Origin: Eledone cirrhosa
Taxonomy: Eukaryota
Reading direction: 5' to 3'
Length of the DNA stretch: 64,000 nucleotides
NCBI GenBank assembly: GCA_964016885.1
Contig: OZ024745.1
Span: 1,054,001-1,118,000, forward strand
The notes beneath the pieces are model-generated. The model made no database searches and was not told where the DNA came from. It was given only the letters and a program-made list of their open reading frames with translations. Position numbers and translations under genes: made by a program. The number at the start of each line of letters is the position of its first letter. Within the stretch, counting starts at the first letter, position 1. Shown here piece after piece: positions 33,461 through 44,800 of the stretch.

Positions 33461-33893
33461 GACTTTATTTTTATATCACTGATATCTATGTTATTCCAGA
33501 ACGATGAAAATTAGTGGAATTTAAAATCAGGACATGGTTAAATGTTCCAGTCTTACCACTATAAATATAAATAAAACTATGAATTTTTAAAAATTATTAA
33601 TAAAAATAGAATTATGTTGGAAGGTTTTAATTTAAATAGAAACCCTAAAATTGGTGGTCTTGTTTCATCAAATCAGTGGCAGTTTTAAACAGGTTGATAT
33701 TAAAAAAGTTAATCTGTCGTCTTTGGATGCCATTAACACTGGTCTAAAGATAACCTTCTAGCACCTGGTCATGGGTACTGTCCCGTTTGACACTAAAAAA
33801 TATTTTTAAAATACAAAATACGCAGAAACTATTACTTTAACCTATTTCACAGGTAAACTTACCTTAATTTCCCCAGACTTAAAGAATACTTAC

Positions 33894-33971
33894 TTTTAAT
33901 TTATCCAGTTCTGATTTCAATGAACGGACTTTTGATTTTTCCTGTTCCAAGTCTTGAGTTAATTTAACCAC
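33894..33971 (-). CDS. GKAP1: GKAP1-like exon (78 nt, phase 0-0): VVKLTQDLEQEKSKVRSLKSELDKLK
   Basis: Minus-strand acceptor atcgtttAG and donor GTaagt; 26 codons. Matches the recalled vertebrate GKAP1 segment [26 protein letters not shown] (LEQE.SKV). Confidence 0.88.
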
Positions 33972-34149
33972 CTAAACGATGAATGGAAGAAACAGTAAAA
34001 TAGTTTCACACATAAAATGTCTTATTTCTTATTTTGTTAACATTTCTATTAAAAGCCATTTTAACTTCTTATCTCAGAGTTATATTTAGAAACCTGTTAT
34101 AGTCTGGTTGAAAATTAGATTAGCGAACAATACTGAATTTTTGTTTTAA

Positions 34150-34345
34150 CCCTTTAGCATTTAAACGAGCCGCATCTGGCAAAAATTCTCTCACCTCTTT
34201 CTGTTCAAGATGGCCATAACCGGCTGCTCATACTTATGTTAAGGCATTCTTCTTAAAATAAATAATCTAAAAATCTCAGATTTGATATTATGTGAGATAG
34301 TGTTTACCGTAAAAATACAATAGTAAATGTATAGTAATGTAAATG
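34150..34345. mobile_element. piggyBac-type MITE copy (right end degraded)
   Basis: TTAA at 34146-34149 then CCCTTTAGCATTTAAAC. The body is homologous to the copies at 56095, 56585 and 62597. The right TIR is incomplete. Confidence 0.75.
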
Positions 34346-34399
34346 GTACACAGGCAATATGGTGATGGTTTGGGGGTTATTGACTCCCAATCATAAGTT

Positions 34400-34778
34400 C
34401 AATTATTTCAACCATTGCTCCTATACGAGCGTGACACGGTCTTACCTCAGGTAGGACAACTCTCGTCTAACCCATGCTATCATGGAAGATAGATGTTAAA
34501 TGATGATGATGCTATCTTAATAAGGAGAAACGCAAACTATGGAATAACTATTCTTGTGGATCCGTGCAGTAGCACCATTTTCATCATTGTTTTATTTCTC
34601 CACATACATTCATAGTTTCAAGACATAAGGAAGGGTATCTAGCTGTAGAAACCCTGCCAAAATGAAGTGTTTGAACAACAAACATACAGCCGATAGACAT
34701 GCCTGCCAAGCCTCTCAGTGTGACGACCCATCTAAGCTATGCAAGGATGGAAAATAGGTATAAATTATTGATGATAAT
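34400..34778 (+). mobile_element. Two SINE/LINE-tail fragments ending CCCATGC..CATGGAA...(GAT)n
   Basis: CTAACCCATGCTATCATGGAAGATAGATGTTAAATGATGATGAT at ~34467-34511, and GGAAGGGTATCTAGCTGTAGAAACC...CTATGCAAGGATGGAAAA...GATGATAAT at ~34629-34778. The same tail family recurs at 62.4, 62.9 and 63.7 kb. Confidence 0.65.
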
Positions 34779-37700
34779 AATGTTAATAAATTTATAAACA
34801 TCACAGTCAACTATTGTCAATATTAATACATCTATAAACAACACAGTCAACTACTGTCAATGTTAATACATCTATAAACAACACAGTCAACTACTGTCAA
34901 TGTTAATACATCTATAAACATCACAGTCAAGTGTTGTCAATGTTAATACATCTATAAACATCACAGTCAAGTGTTGTCAATGTTAATACATCTATAAACA
35001 TCACAGTCAACTACTGTCAATGTTAATACATCTATAAACATCACAGTCAACTACTGTCAATGTTAATACATCTATAAACATCAGTCAAGTGTTGTCAATG
35101 TTAATACATCTATAAACATCACAGTCAAGTGTTGTCAATGTTAATACATCTATAAACATCACAGTCAACTACTGTCAACGTTAATACATCTATAAACATC
35201 ACAGTCAACTACTGTCAATGTTAATACATCTATAAACATCACAGTCAACTACTGTCAATGTTAATACATCTATAAACATCACAGTCAACTACTGTCAATG
35301 TTAATACATCTATAAACATCACAGTCAACTACTGTCAATGTTAATACATCTATAAACATCACAGTCAACTATTGTCAATGTTAATACATCTATAAACATC
35401 ACAGTCAACTACTGTCAATGTTAATACATCTATAAACATCACAGTCAACTACTGTCAATGTTAATACATCTATAAACATCAGTCAAGTGTTGTCAATGTT
35501 AATACATCTATAAACATCACAGTCAACTATTGTCAATGTTAATACATCTATAAACATCACAGTCAACTACTGTCAATGTTAATACATCTATAAACATCAC
35601 AGTCAACTACTGTCAATGTTAATACATCTATAAACATCACAGTCAACTACTGTCAATGTTAATACATCTATAAACATCACAGTCAACTACTGTCAATGTT
35701 AATACATCTATAAACATCACAGTCAACTATTGTCAATGTTAATACATCTATAAACATCACAGTCAACTACTGTCAATGTTAATACATCTATAAACATCAG
35801 TCAACTATTGTCAATATTAATACATCTATAAACATCACAGTCAACTACTGTCAATGTTAATACATCTATAAACATCACAGTCAACTACTGTCAATGTTAA
35901 TACATCTATAAACATCACAGTCAACTATTGTCAATGTTAATAGATCTATAAACATCACAGTCAACTATTGTCAATATTAATACATCTATAAACATCACAG
36001 TCAACTACTGTCAATGTTAATACATCTATAAACATCACAGTCAACTACTGTCAATGTTAATACATCTATAAACATCACAGTCAACTACTGTCAATGTTAA
36101 TAAATTTATAAACAACACAGTCAACTATTGTCAATGTTTATACATCTATAAACATCACAGTCAACTATTGTCAATGTTAATACATCTATAAACATCACAG
36201 TCAACTACTGTCAATGTTAATACATCTATAAACATCAGTCAACTACTGTCAACGTTAATACATCTATAAACATCACAGTCAACTACTGTCAATGTTAATA
36301 CATCTATAAACATCACAGTCAACTACTGTCAATGTTAATACATCTATAAACATCACAGTCAACTATTGTCAATGTTAATACATCTATAAACATCACAGTC
36401 AACTACTGTCAATGTTAATACATCTATAAACATCACAGTCAACTACTGTCAATGTTAATACATCTATAAACATCACAGTCAACTACTGTCAATGTTAATA
36501 CATCTATAAACATCACAGTCAACTATTGTCAATGTTAATACATCTATAAACAACACAGTCAACTACTGTCAATGTTAATACATCTATAAACATCACAGTC
36601 AACTACTGTCAATGTTAATACATCTATAAACATCACAGTCAACTATTGTCAATGTTAATACATCTATAAACATCACAGTCAACTACTGTCAATGTTAATA
36701 CATCTATAAACATCACAGTCAACTACTGTCAATGTTAATACATCTATAAACATCACAGTCAACTACTGTCAATGTTAATACATCTATAAACATCACAGTC
36801 AACTACTGTCAATGTTAATACATCTATAAACATCACAGTCAACTATTGTCAATGTTAATACATCTATAAACATCACAGTCAACTACTGTCAATGTTAATA
36901 CATCTATAAACATCAGTCAACTATTGTCAATATTAATACATCTATAAACATCACAGTCAACTACTGTCAATGTTAATACATCTATAAACATCACAGTCAA
37001 CTACTGTCAATGTTAATACATCTATAAACATCACAGTCAACTATTGTCAATGTTAATAGATCTATAAACATCACAGTCAACTATTGTCAATATTAATACA
37101 TCTATAAACATCACAGTCAACTACTGTCAATGTTAATACATCTATAAACATCACAGTCAACTACTGTCAATGTTAATACATCTATAAACATCACAGTCAA
37201 CTACTGTCAATGTTAATAAATTTATAAACAACACAGTCAACTATTGTCAATGTTTATACATCTATAAACATCACAGTCAACTATTGTCAATGTTAATACA
37301 TCTATAAACATCACAGTCAACTATTGTCAATGTTAATACATCTATAAACATCACAGTCAACTACTGTCAATGTTAATACATCTATAAACATCAGTCAACT
37401 ATTGTCAATGTTAATACATCTATAAACATCACAGTCAACTACTGTCAATGTTAATACATCTATAAACAACACAGTCAACTATTGTCAATGTTAATACATC
37501 TATAAACATCACAGTCAACTACTGTCAATGTTAATACATCTATAAACATCAGTCAACTATTGTCAATGTTAATACATCTATAAACATCAGTCAACTACTG
37601 TCAATGTTAATAAATTTATAAACATCACAGTCAACTACTGTCAATGTTAATAAATTTATAAACATCAGTCAACTACTGTCAATGTTAATAAATTTATAAA

Positions 37701-38564
37701 CATCACAGTCAACTACTGTCAATGTTAATACATCTATAAACATCACAGTCAACTACTGTCAATGTTAATACATCTATAAACATCATAGTCAACTACTGTC
37801 AATGTTAATACATCTATAAACATCACAGTCAACTACTGTCAATGTTAATACATCTATAAACATCACAGTCAACTACTGTCAATGTTAATACATCTATAAA
37901 CATCACAGTCAATTATTGTCAATGTTAATACATCTATAAACATCACAGTCAACTACTGTCAATGTTAATACATCTATAAACAACACAGTCAACTATTATC
38001 AATGTTAATACATCTATAAACATCACAGTCAACTACTGTCAATGTTAATACATCTATAAACAACACAGTCAACTATTATCAATGTTAATACATCTATAAA
38101 CATCACAGTCAACTACTGACAATGTTAATACATCTATAAACATCACAGTCAACTACTGTCAATGTTAATACATCTATAAACAACAGTCAATCAACTACTG
38201 TCAATGTTAATACATCTATAAACATCACAATCAATTACTGTCAATGTTAATAAATTTATAAACATCACAGTCAACTATTGTTAATGTTAATACATCTATA
38301 AACATCACAGTCAACTACTGTCAATGTTAATACATCTATAAACATCACAGTCAACTACTGTCAATGTTAATACATCTATAAACAACACAGTCAACTATTG
38401 TCAATGTTAATACATCTATAAACATCACAGTCAACTACTGTCAATGTTAATACATCTATAAACATCACAGTCAACTACTGTCAATGTTAATACATCTATA
38501 AACAACACAGTCAACTACTGTCAATGTTAATACATCTATAAACAACACAGTCAACTATTATCAA
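34779..38564. repeat. 40-bp satellite/minisatellite array (~95 copies), intronic
   Basis: Unit AATGTTAATACATCTATAAACATCACAGTCAACTACTGTC, with 38-bp variants (CATCAGTC). Contains an internal 1116-bp duplication. Confidence 0.97.
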
Positions 38565-38715
38565 GCTGTCTGTTACAATTATCAAAAAAGAAGCAAATGC
38601 TTTCTGATTTAGGTAGGACAACAGTTTTGGGGAGGGGAAAGTTGATTAAATCGAACCTAGTGTGTTACATCAATCCAAGCAAGTTACATCAACTAAGTTT
38701 TAAAAAATAGATTAC

Positions 38716-38786
38716 CTGATCTGTTAGTTCATCTTTTACAGTAGTTAAGCTTTCCACTTGCTCCAGAATATCATATTTTTCTTTCA
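38716..38786 (-). CDS. GKAP1: GKAP1-like exon (71 nt, phase 1-0): (M/V)KEKYDILEQVESLTTVKDELTDQ
   Basis: Long polypyrimidine tract and ttgcAG acceptor; CAG|GTaatc donor. Matches the recalled GKAP1 segment [24 protein letters not shown]. Confidence 0.9.
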
Positions 38787-38951
38787 CTGCAAACAATCAA
38801 AAGGAAAAAAAAACAGTTAAAAGATCACAGATAAAACATGATTGAACATTCCTTTACATACAAGAAAAAATACAAAGCTGTAAGACATGAAATATAGTTA
38901 ACTGAATATCTGCAGTGACAAATGAAGAAAGGGCTACGTATATTCTGTCAA

Positions 38952-39066
38952 ATCATCATTTTACACCTGTTTTCCAAGCTGGCATGGGTTAGATGAGTTG
39001 TCATGGTTCAAGATATGATAGGTTGGATACAATGCCTTGCTCAATTTGTGGCTTTAGAGTGAACAA
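38952..39066 (-). mobile_element. SINE 3' tail, reverse orientation
   Basis: ATCATCATTTTACACCTGTTTTCCAAGCTGGCATGGGTTAGATG is the reverse complement of the CCCATGCCAGC...(GAT)n tail family. Confidence 0.6.
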
Positions 39067-39395
39067 CTTTAGAGTGAACTGGGTGCATTTTATGATGGCA
39101 CCAGCATTACTACTTTACAGAGTGTACCAGGTACATTTTATGATAGCACCAGCATTACTACTTTACAGAGTGTACCAGGTGCATTTTATGATAGCACCAG
39201 CATTACTACTTTACAGAGTGTACCAGGTGCATTTTATGATAGCACCAGCATTACTACTTTACAGAGTGTACCAGGTGCATTTTATGATAGCACCAGCATT
39301 ACTACTTTACAGAGTGTACCAGGTGCATTTTATGATAGCACCAGTATTACTACTTTACAGAGTGTACTAGGTGCCTTTTATGATAGCACCAGCAC
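39067..39395. repeat. 48-bp minisatellite (~7 copies)
   Basis: Unit GGTGCATTTTATGATAGCACCAGCATTACTACTTTACAGAGTGTACCA; produces the spurious VHFMIAPALLLYRVYQ repeat ORF. Confidence 0.95.
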
Positions 39396-39490
39396 TTGAA
39401 AGGCTCAGAACATTTGCCAATCACTTTACAGAGGTTATCTTGTTATCTAAAATTATTAAACTCCTAATTTCAAAGCTAGTAATAATAATA

Positions 39491-39660
39491 GTTTCTGATT
39501 TAGACAGAAAGCCAACAGAAAGAAGAGAAAGGACATTATGCTGGTACTTTATTTTATCCAGCAAGGATGAAAGTTGGGTGGGATTTCAACTAGAACACAG
39601 ATGTAACTATGCTGCAAAGTATGCTGTTCGCTGCTCTACCGATCCTACTGCCAATCCACT
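39491..39660 (-). mobile_element. tRNA-derived SINE, older copy, with 16-bp TSD
   Basis: Flanked by direct repeat GCTAGTAATAATAATA at 39475-39490 and 39661-39676. The body is homologous to the adjacent 39691-39873 copy. Confidence 0.8.
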
Positions 39661-39690
39661 GCTAGTAATAATAATAAATCATTTAAAGTT

Positions 39691-39873
39691 ACTAATTTTT
39701 GGCACAAGGCCAGCAATTACCCAGTACATTACTGGTACTTTATTTTATCGACCCCGTAAGGATGAAAGGCAAAGTTAACCTCGGCAGGATTTGAACTCAG
39801 AACACAAAGGGCCATAACTATGCTGCAAAGCATGGCGTCCGACTCTCTACCGATACTGTCAAACCACTGCCCT
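39691..39873 (-). mobile_element. tRNA-derived SINE with 16-bp TSD
   Basis: Flanked by TAAATCATTTAAAGTT at 39675-39690 and 39874-39889. The minus strand has B-box GAGTTCAAATCC and body TTTGCCTTTCATCCTTACGGGGTCGATAAAATAAAGTACCAG. Confidence 0.88.
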
Positions 39874-39959
39874 TAAATCATTTAAAGTTGAAAGATCAAT
39901 AGCTCCATTTTTAGGAAGCAATGCTGTAGACCCCCACTCCCCAAAAGACCCTCCCCTTC

Positions 39960-41204
39960 AATAGATGGAATTGTGTTGTCATTGAAGACATCAACAACAA
40001 TCTGGTGTTTGAACATCTCAATAACAATGGACAGGTATGACACAAACCCAGATTGAGGACATTGTTAACACTACCTTGGCTGATATCAGCAAATGTTGAC
40101 CACTAACACAAAACTAATTCCATCACTGGAAAGAGCAGGCCGTGAAATTTTCTACCTCATTAAAACCAACCAAATCAGACTGTCTCTAGCAATGAAGTCT
40201 CCCCCACCCACATCCCATGAAATCTGGCTCCCTTCCTAGATGCTTGAACCCCTAACATTCCTAGAAACATCAGAAACTGATGAGGTCATCCAAAGGTTAT
40301 CTACTTTAATTAACCAGACCAAGTCAAACAACAGATGTGCCTCTACCGCTGTTTCTCTCTACATGTCGATACCTGCTCTCTCTCTCCTACAGCGCCATCT
40401 AGTGACCAACTGTATCATCTCCTTTCACCTCTACGGCTTTGGCCTCACACTTTCGCTGATATCTAACAACTGAAAACACCTACTTTACAACTCTACTTAG
40501 ATCTAGCCATCAAGTCCAGTCTCTCAGGCCTACTATCCATCACCTATATTCACCAGCTAGAGCACTCAACACCTACCACTCCTCTACCTTCTGGATATAC
40601 AATGATGGGCTGAAAAGTTCATAGGTTGACTATGAAGGAGTGATGCTTGAGCTGTGAAATCTTGCATGCATTAATTTCAACTCTTCTTCTTAACAACTGT
40701 ATTGTTTCTTTCTAGAGACTATGTTGAAAAATAAGCCTCGTTTGGTCCGTTTCATGAGAGTATCTTGGTCAACTGAGCCGCGTATGTAGGTGACATCCTC
40801 ATATTTTTCTATGAAGAAGACAACGAAATATTGATATTTGCAGGCATAGATGATAGCGATTGAGCAGAAAACATCCAATGACACTAGATTCCTGCTTAAT
40901 TTCCAATTTAGAATAACAGAGGGAAGTGACAGCCACACCAACTTGTACAGGCAAGTTGCCTGTAGAGATCTAATCCTGCACTAGAGATCAACTCTCCTGA
41001 TTAGTGTTAAAACCAGATACATAACAGATGAACTCATGTGTATCTGGGACAAATGCAGCAAGGCAGAGGACCAAACAATATAATACAATTGTCAAAGGTG
41101 CTAGAAATCAAAATATAACCACCATCCACTGCTAGTAATCTTCAGGGCACTAAACCGAACAAACGGAAGATCTCTTTCAACACTTGCTTCTTCAAGTTGC
41201 CATA
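39960..41204 (+). pseudogene. Degenerate Penelope-like retroelement reverse transcriptase relic
   Basis: Motifs in the correct order: VSLYMSIP (~40351, cf. SLYTNIP); LAIKSSLSGLLSITYIHQLE (~40503, cf. GLAMGSPLS..LA..YM..LE); FWI-YVGDILIF across a MITE insertion (cf. YVDD); LYRQVACRDLILH*RSTLLISVK (~40943, cf. YRKPT..DLYLHF.S.HP..VK); KLPY at ~41195. Stops and frameshifts throughout; outer limits approximate. Confidence 0.75.
40600..40782. mobile_element. Mariner/Tc1-derived MITE with TA target duplication
   Basis: TA at 40598-40599 and 40783-40784. The left end CAATGATGGGCTGAAAAGTTCATAGGTTGAC is mariner-TIR-like; the right TIR is degraded. Removing the element restores the RT reading frame. 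Confidence 0.7.
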
Positions 41205-41260
41205 TCATCATCACCATTTAACATCCATTTTTCCATGCTGGCATGGGTTAGATGAGTTGT
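41205..41260 (-). mobile_element. SINE 3' tail, reverse orientation
   Basis: CATCATCACCATTTAACATCCATTTTTCCATGCTGGCATGGGTTAGATGAGTTG, nearly the same as 38952-39000. Confidence 0.65.
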
Positions 41261-41444
41261 GTGAGCAATGCCAGGTCAGGTGACCATGTCTAGCTCACAA
41301 CTATCTGCAAGGAGGAGGAGTGGGATATACAGTTAGCTCACCATCCCACCTTCTATAAATGCTTATAAAAAAAAAGCTTGAAAATTACAAAGACCAATGT
41401 ATATTGGTCAATCCCCCACCCACCCACCCATATCTACGATAGCA

Positions 41445-41738
41445 ATAGTGCCACCCCATCTATGACAGACATATTACCACCCCATCTATGACAGACATAG
41501 TACCACCCCATCTATGACAAACATAGTACCACCCCATCTATGACAGACAGACATAGTACCACCCCATCTATGACAGACAGACATAGTACCACCCCATCTA
41601 TGACAGACAGACATAGTACCACTCCATCTATGACAGACATAGTACCACTCCATCTATGACAGACATAGTACCACCCCATCTATGACAGACAGACATATTA
41701 CCACCCCATCTATGACAGACAGACATATTACCACCCCA
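41445..41738. repeat. 26/30-bp minisatellite (~10 copies)
   Basis: Unit ATAGTACCACCCCATCTATGACAGAC with an optional extra AGAC. Confidence 0.95.
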
Positions 41739-41840
41739 AAGGACAACACATTTACAATCTAAGTCATGAAACAGCAGCAATCACCAATGAATCTATTCTG
41801 ACAGTCAAACAAACCCAAATCAACAGCAAACTTAGAACAA

Positions 41841-44800
41841 AGTAGCTATAATATATACTACTACTACTACTACAGTAGCTATAATAGATACTACTACTAC
41901 TACTACTACAGTAGCTATAATAGATACTACTACTACTACTACTACAGTAGCTATAATATATACTACTACTACTACTACAGTAGCTATAATATATACTACT
42001 ACTACTACTACAGTAGCTATAATAGATGCTACTACTACTACTACTACTACAGTAGCTATAATAGATGCTACTACTACTACTACTACAGTAGCTATAATAT
42101 ATACTACTACTACTACTACTACTACAGTAGCTATAATATATACTACTACTACTACTACAGTAGCTATAATAGATGCTACTACTACTACTACAGTAGCTAT
42201 AATAGATGCTACTACTACTACTACTACTACAGTAGCTATAATAGATGCTACTACTACTACTACAGTAGCTATAATAGATGCTACTACTACTACTACTACA
42301 GTAGTTATAATAGATGCTACTACTACTACTACTACTACTACTACAGTAGCTATAATAGATGCTACTACTACTACTACAGTAGCTATAATAGATGCTACTA
42401 CTACTACTACAGTAGCTATAATAGATGCTACTACTACTACTACTACTACAGTAGCTATAATATATACTACTACTACTACTACTACAGTAGCTATAATATA
42501 TACTACTACTACTACTACAGTAGCTATAATAGATGCTACTACTACTACTACAGTAGCTATAATATATACTACTACTACTACTACAGTAGCTATAATAGAT
42601 GCTACTACTACTACTACAGTAGCTATAATATATACTACTACTACTACTACAGTAGCTATAATAGATGCTACTACTACTACTACAGTAGCTATAATAGATG
42701 CTACTACTACTACTACTACTACAGTAGCTATAATAGATGCTACTACTACTACTACAGTAGCTATAATAGATGCTACTACTACTACAGTAGCTATAATAGA
42801 TGCTACTACTACTACTACTACAGTAGTTATAATAGATGCTACTACTACTACTACTACTACAGTAGCTATAATAGATGCTACTACTACTACTACAGTAGCT
42901 ATAATAGATGCTACTACTACTACTACAGTAGCTATAATAGATGCTACTACTACTACTACTACAGTAGCTATAATATATACTACTACTACTACTACAGTAG
43001 CTATAATAGATGCTACTACTACTACTACTACAGTAGCTATAATAGATGCTACTACTACTACTACAGTAGCTATAATATATACTACTACTACTACTACTAC
43101 AGTAGCTATAATATATACTACTACTACTACTACAGTAGCTATAATAGATGCTACTACTACTACTACAGTAGCTATAATATATACTACTACTACTACTACT
43201 ACTACAGTAGCTATAATAGATGCTACTACTACTACTACAGTAGCTATAATATATACTACTACTACTACTACTACAGTAGCTATAATAGATGCTACTACTA
43301 CTACTACTACAGTAGCTATAATAGATGCTACTACTACTACTACTACAGTAGCTATAATAGATGCTACTACTACTACTACAGTAGCTATAATATATACTAC
43401 TACTACTACTACAGTAGCTATAATAGATGCTACTACTACTACTACAGTAGCTATAATAGATACTACTACTACTACTACTACAGTAGCTATAATATATACT
43501 ACTACTACTACTACAGTAGCTATAATAGATGCTACTACTACTACTACAGTAGCTATAATAGATACTACTACTACTACTACAGTAGCTATAATAGATGCTA
43601 CTACTACTACTACTACAGTAGCTATAATAGATGCTACTACTACTACTACAGTAGCTATAATATATACTACTACTACTACTACAGTAGCTATAATAGATGC
43701 TACTACTACTACTACTACAGTAGTTATAATAGATACTACTACTACTACTACTACAGTAGCTATAATATATACTACTACTACTACTACTACAGTAGCTATA
43801 ATAGATACTACTACTACTACTACTACAGTAGCTATAATATATACTACTACTACTACTACAGTAGCTATAATATATACTACTACTACTACTACAGTAGCTA
43901 TAATAGATACTACTACTACTACTACTACAGTAGCTATAATATATACTACTACTACTACTACTACAGTAGCTATAATAGATGCTACTACTACTACTACAGT
44001 AGCTATAATAGATACTACTACTACTACTACAGTAGCTATAATAGATGCTACTACTACTACTACTACAGTAGCTATAATAGATGCTACTACTACTACTACA
44101 GTAGCTATAATATATACTACTACTACTACTACAGTAGCTATAATATATACTACTACTACAGTAGCTATAATAGATACTACTACTACTACTACAGTAGTTA
44201 TAATAGATGCTACTACTACTACTACAGTAGCTATAATAGATACTACTACTACTACTACTACAGTAGCTATAATATATACTACTACTACTACTACAGTAGC
44301 TATAATATATACTACTACTACTACTACAGTAGCTATAATAGATGCTACTACTACTACTACTACAGTAGCTATAATATATACTACTACTACTACTACAGTA
44401 GCTATAATATATACTACTACTACTACTACTACTACAGTAGCTATAATAGATGCTACTACTACTACTACAGTAGCTATAATAGATGCTACTACTACTACTA
44501 CTACAGTAGCTATAATATATACTACTACTACTACTACAGTAGCTATAATAGATGCTACTACTACTACTACAGTAGCTATAATATATACTACTACTACTAC
44601 TACAGTAGCTATAATATATACTACTACTACTACTACTACAGTAGCTATAATATATACTACTACTACAGTAGCTATAATATATACTACTACTACTACTACA
44701 GTAGCTATAATAGATGCTACTACTACTACTACAGTAGCTATAATAGATGCTACTACTACTACTACAGTAGCTATAATATATACTACTACTACTACTACTA

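Noticed and set aside
38993-39778. 125-aa and 135-aa ORFs
   Set aside because: Composed of the 48-bp minisatellite and antisense SINE sequence.
39691-39873. tRNA gene
   Set aside because: Has a B-box but no cloverleaf, and carries a SINE body and TSDs.
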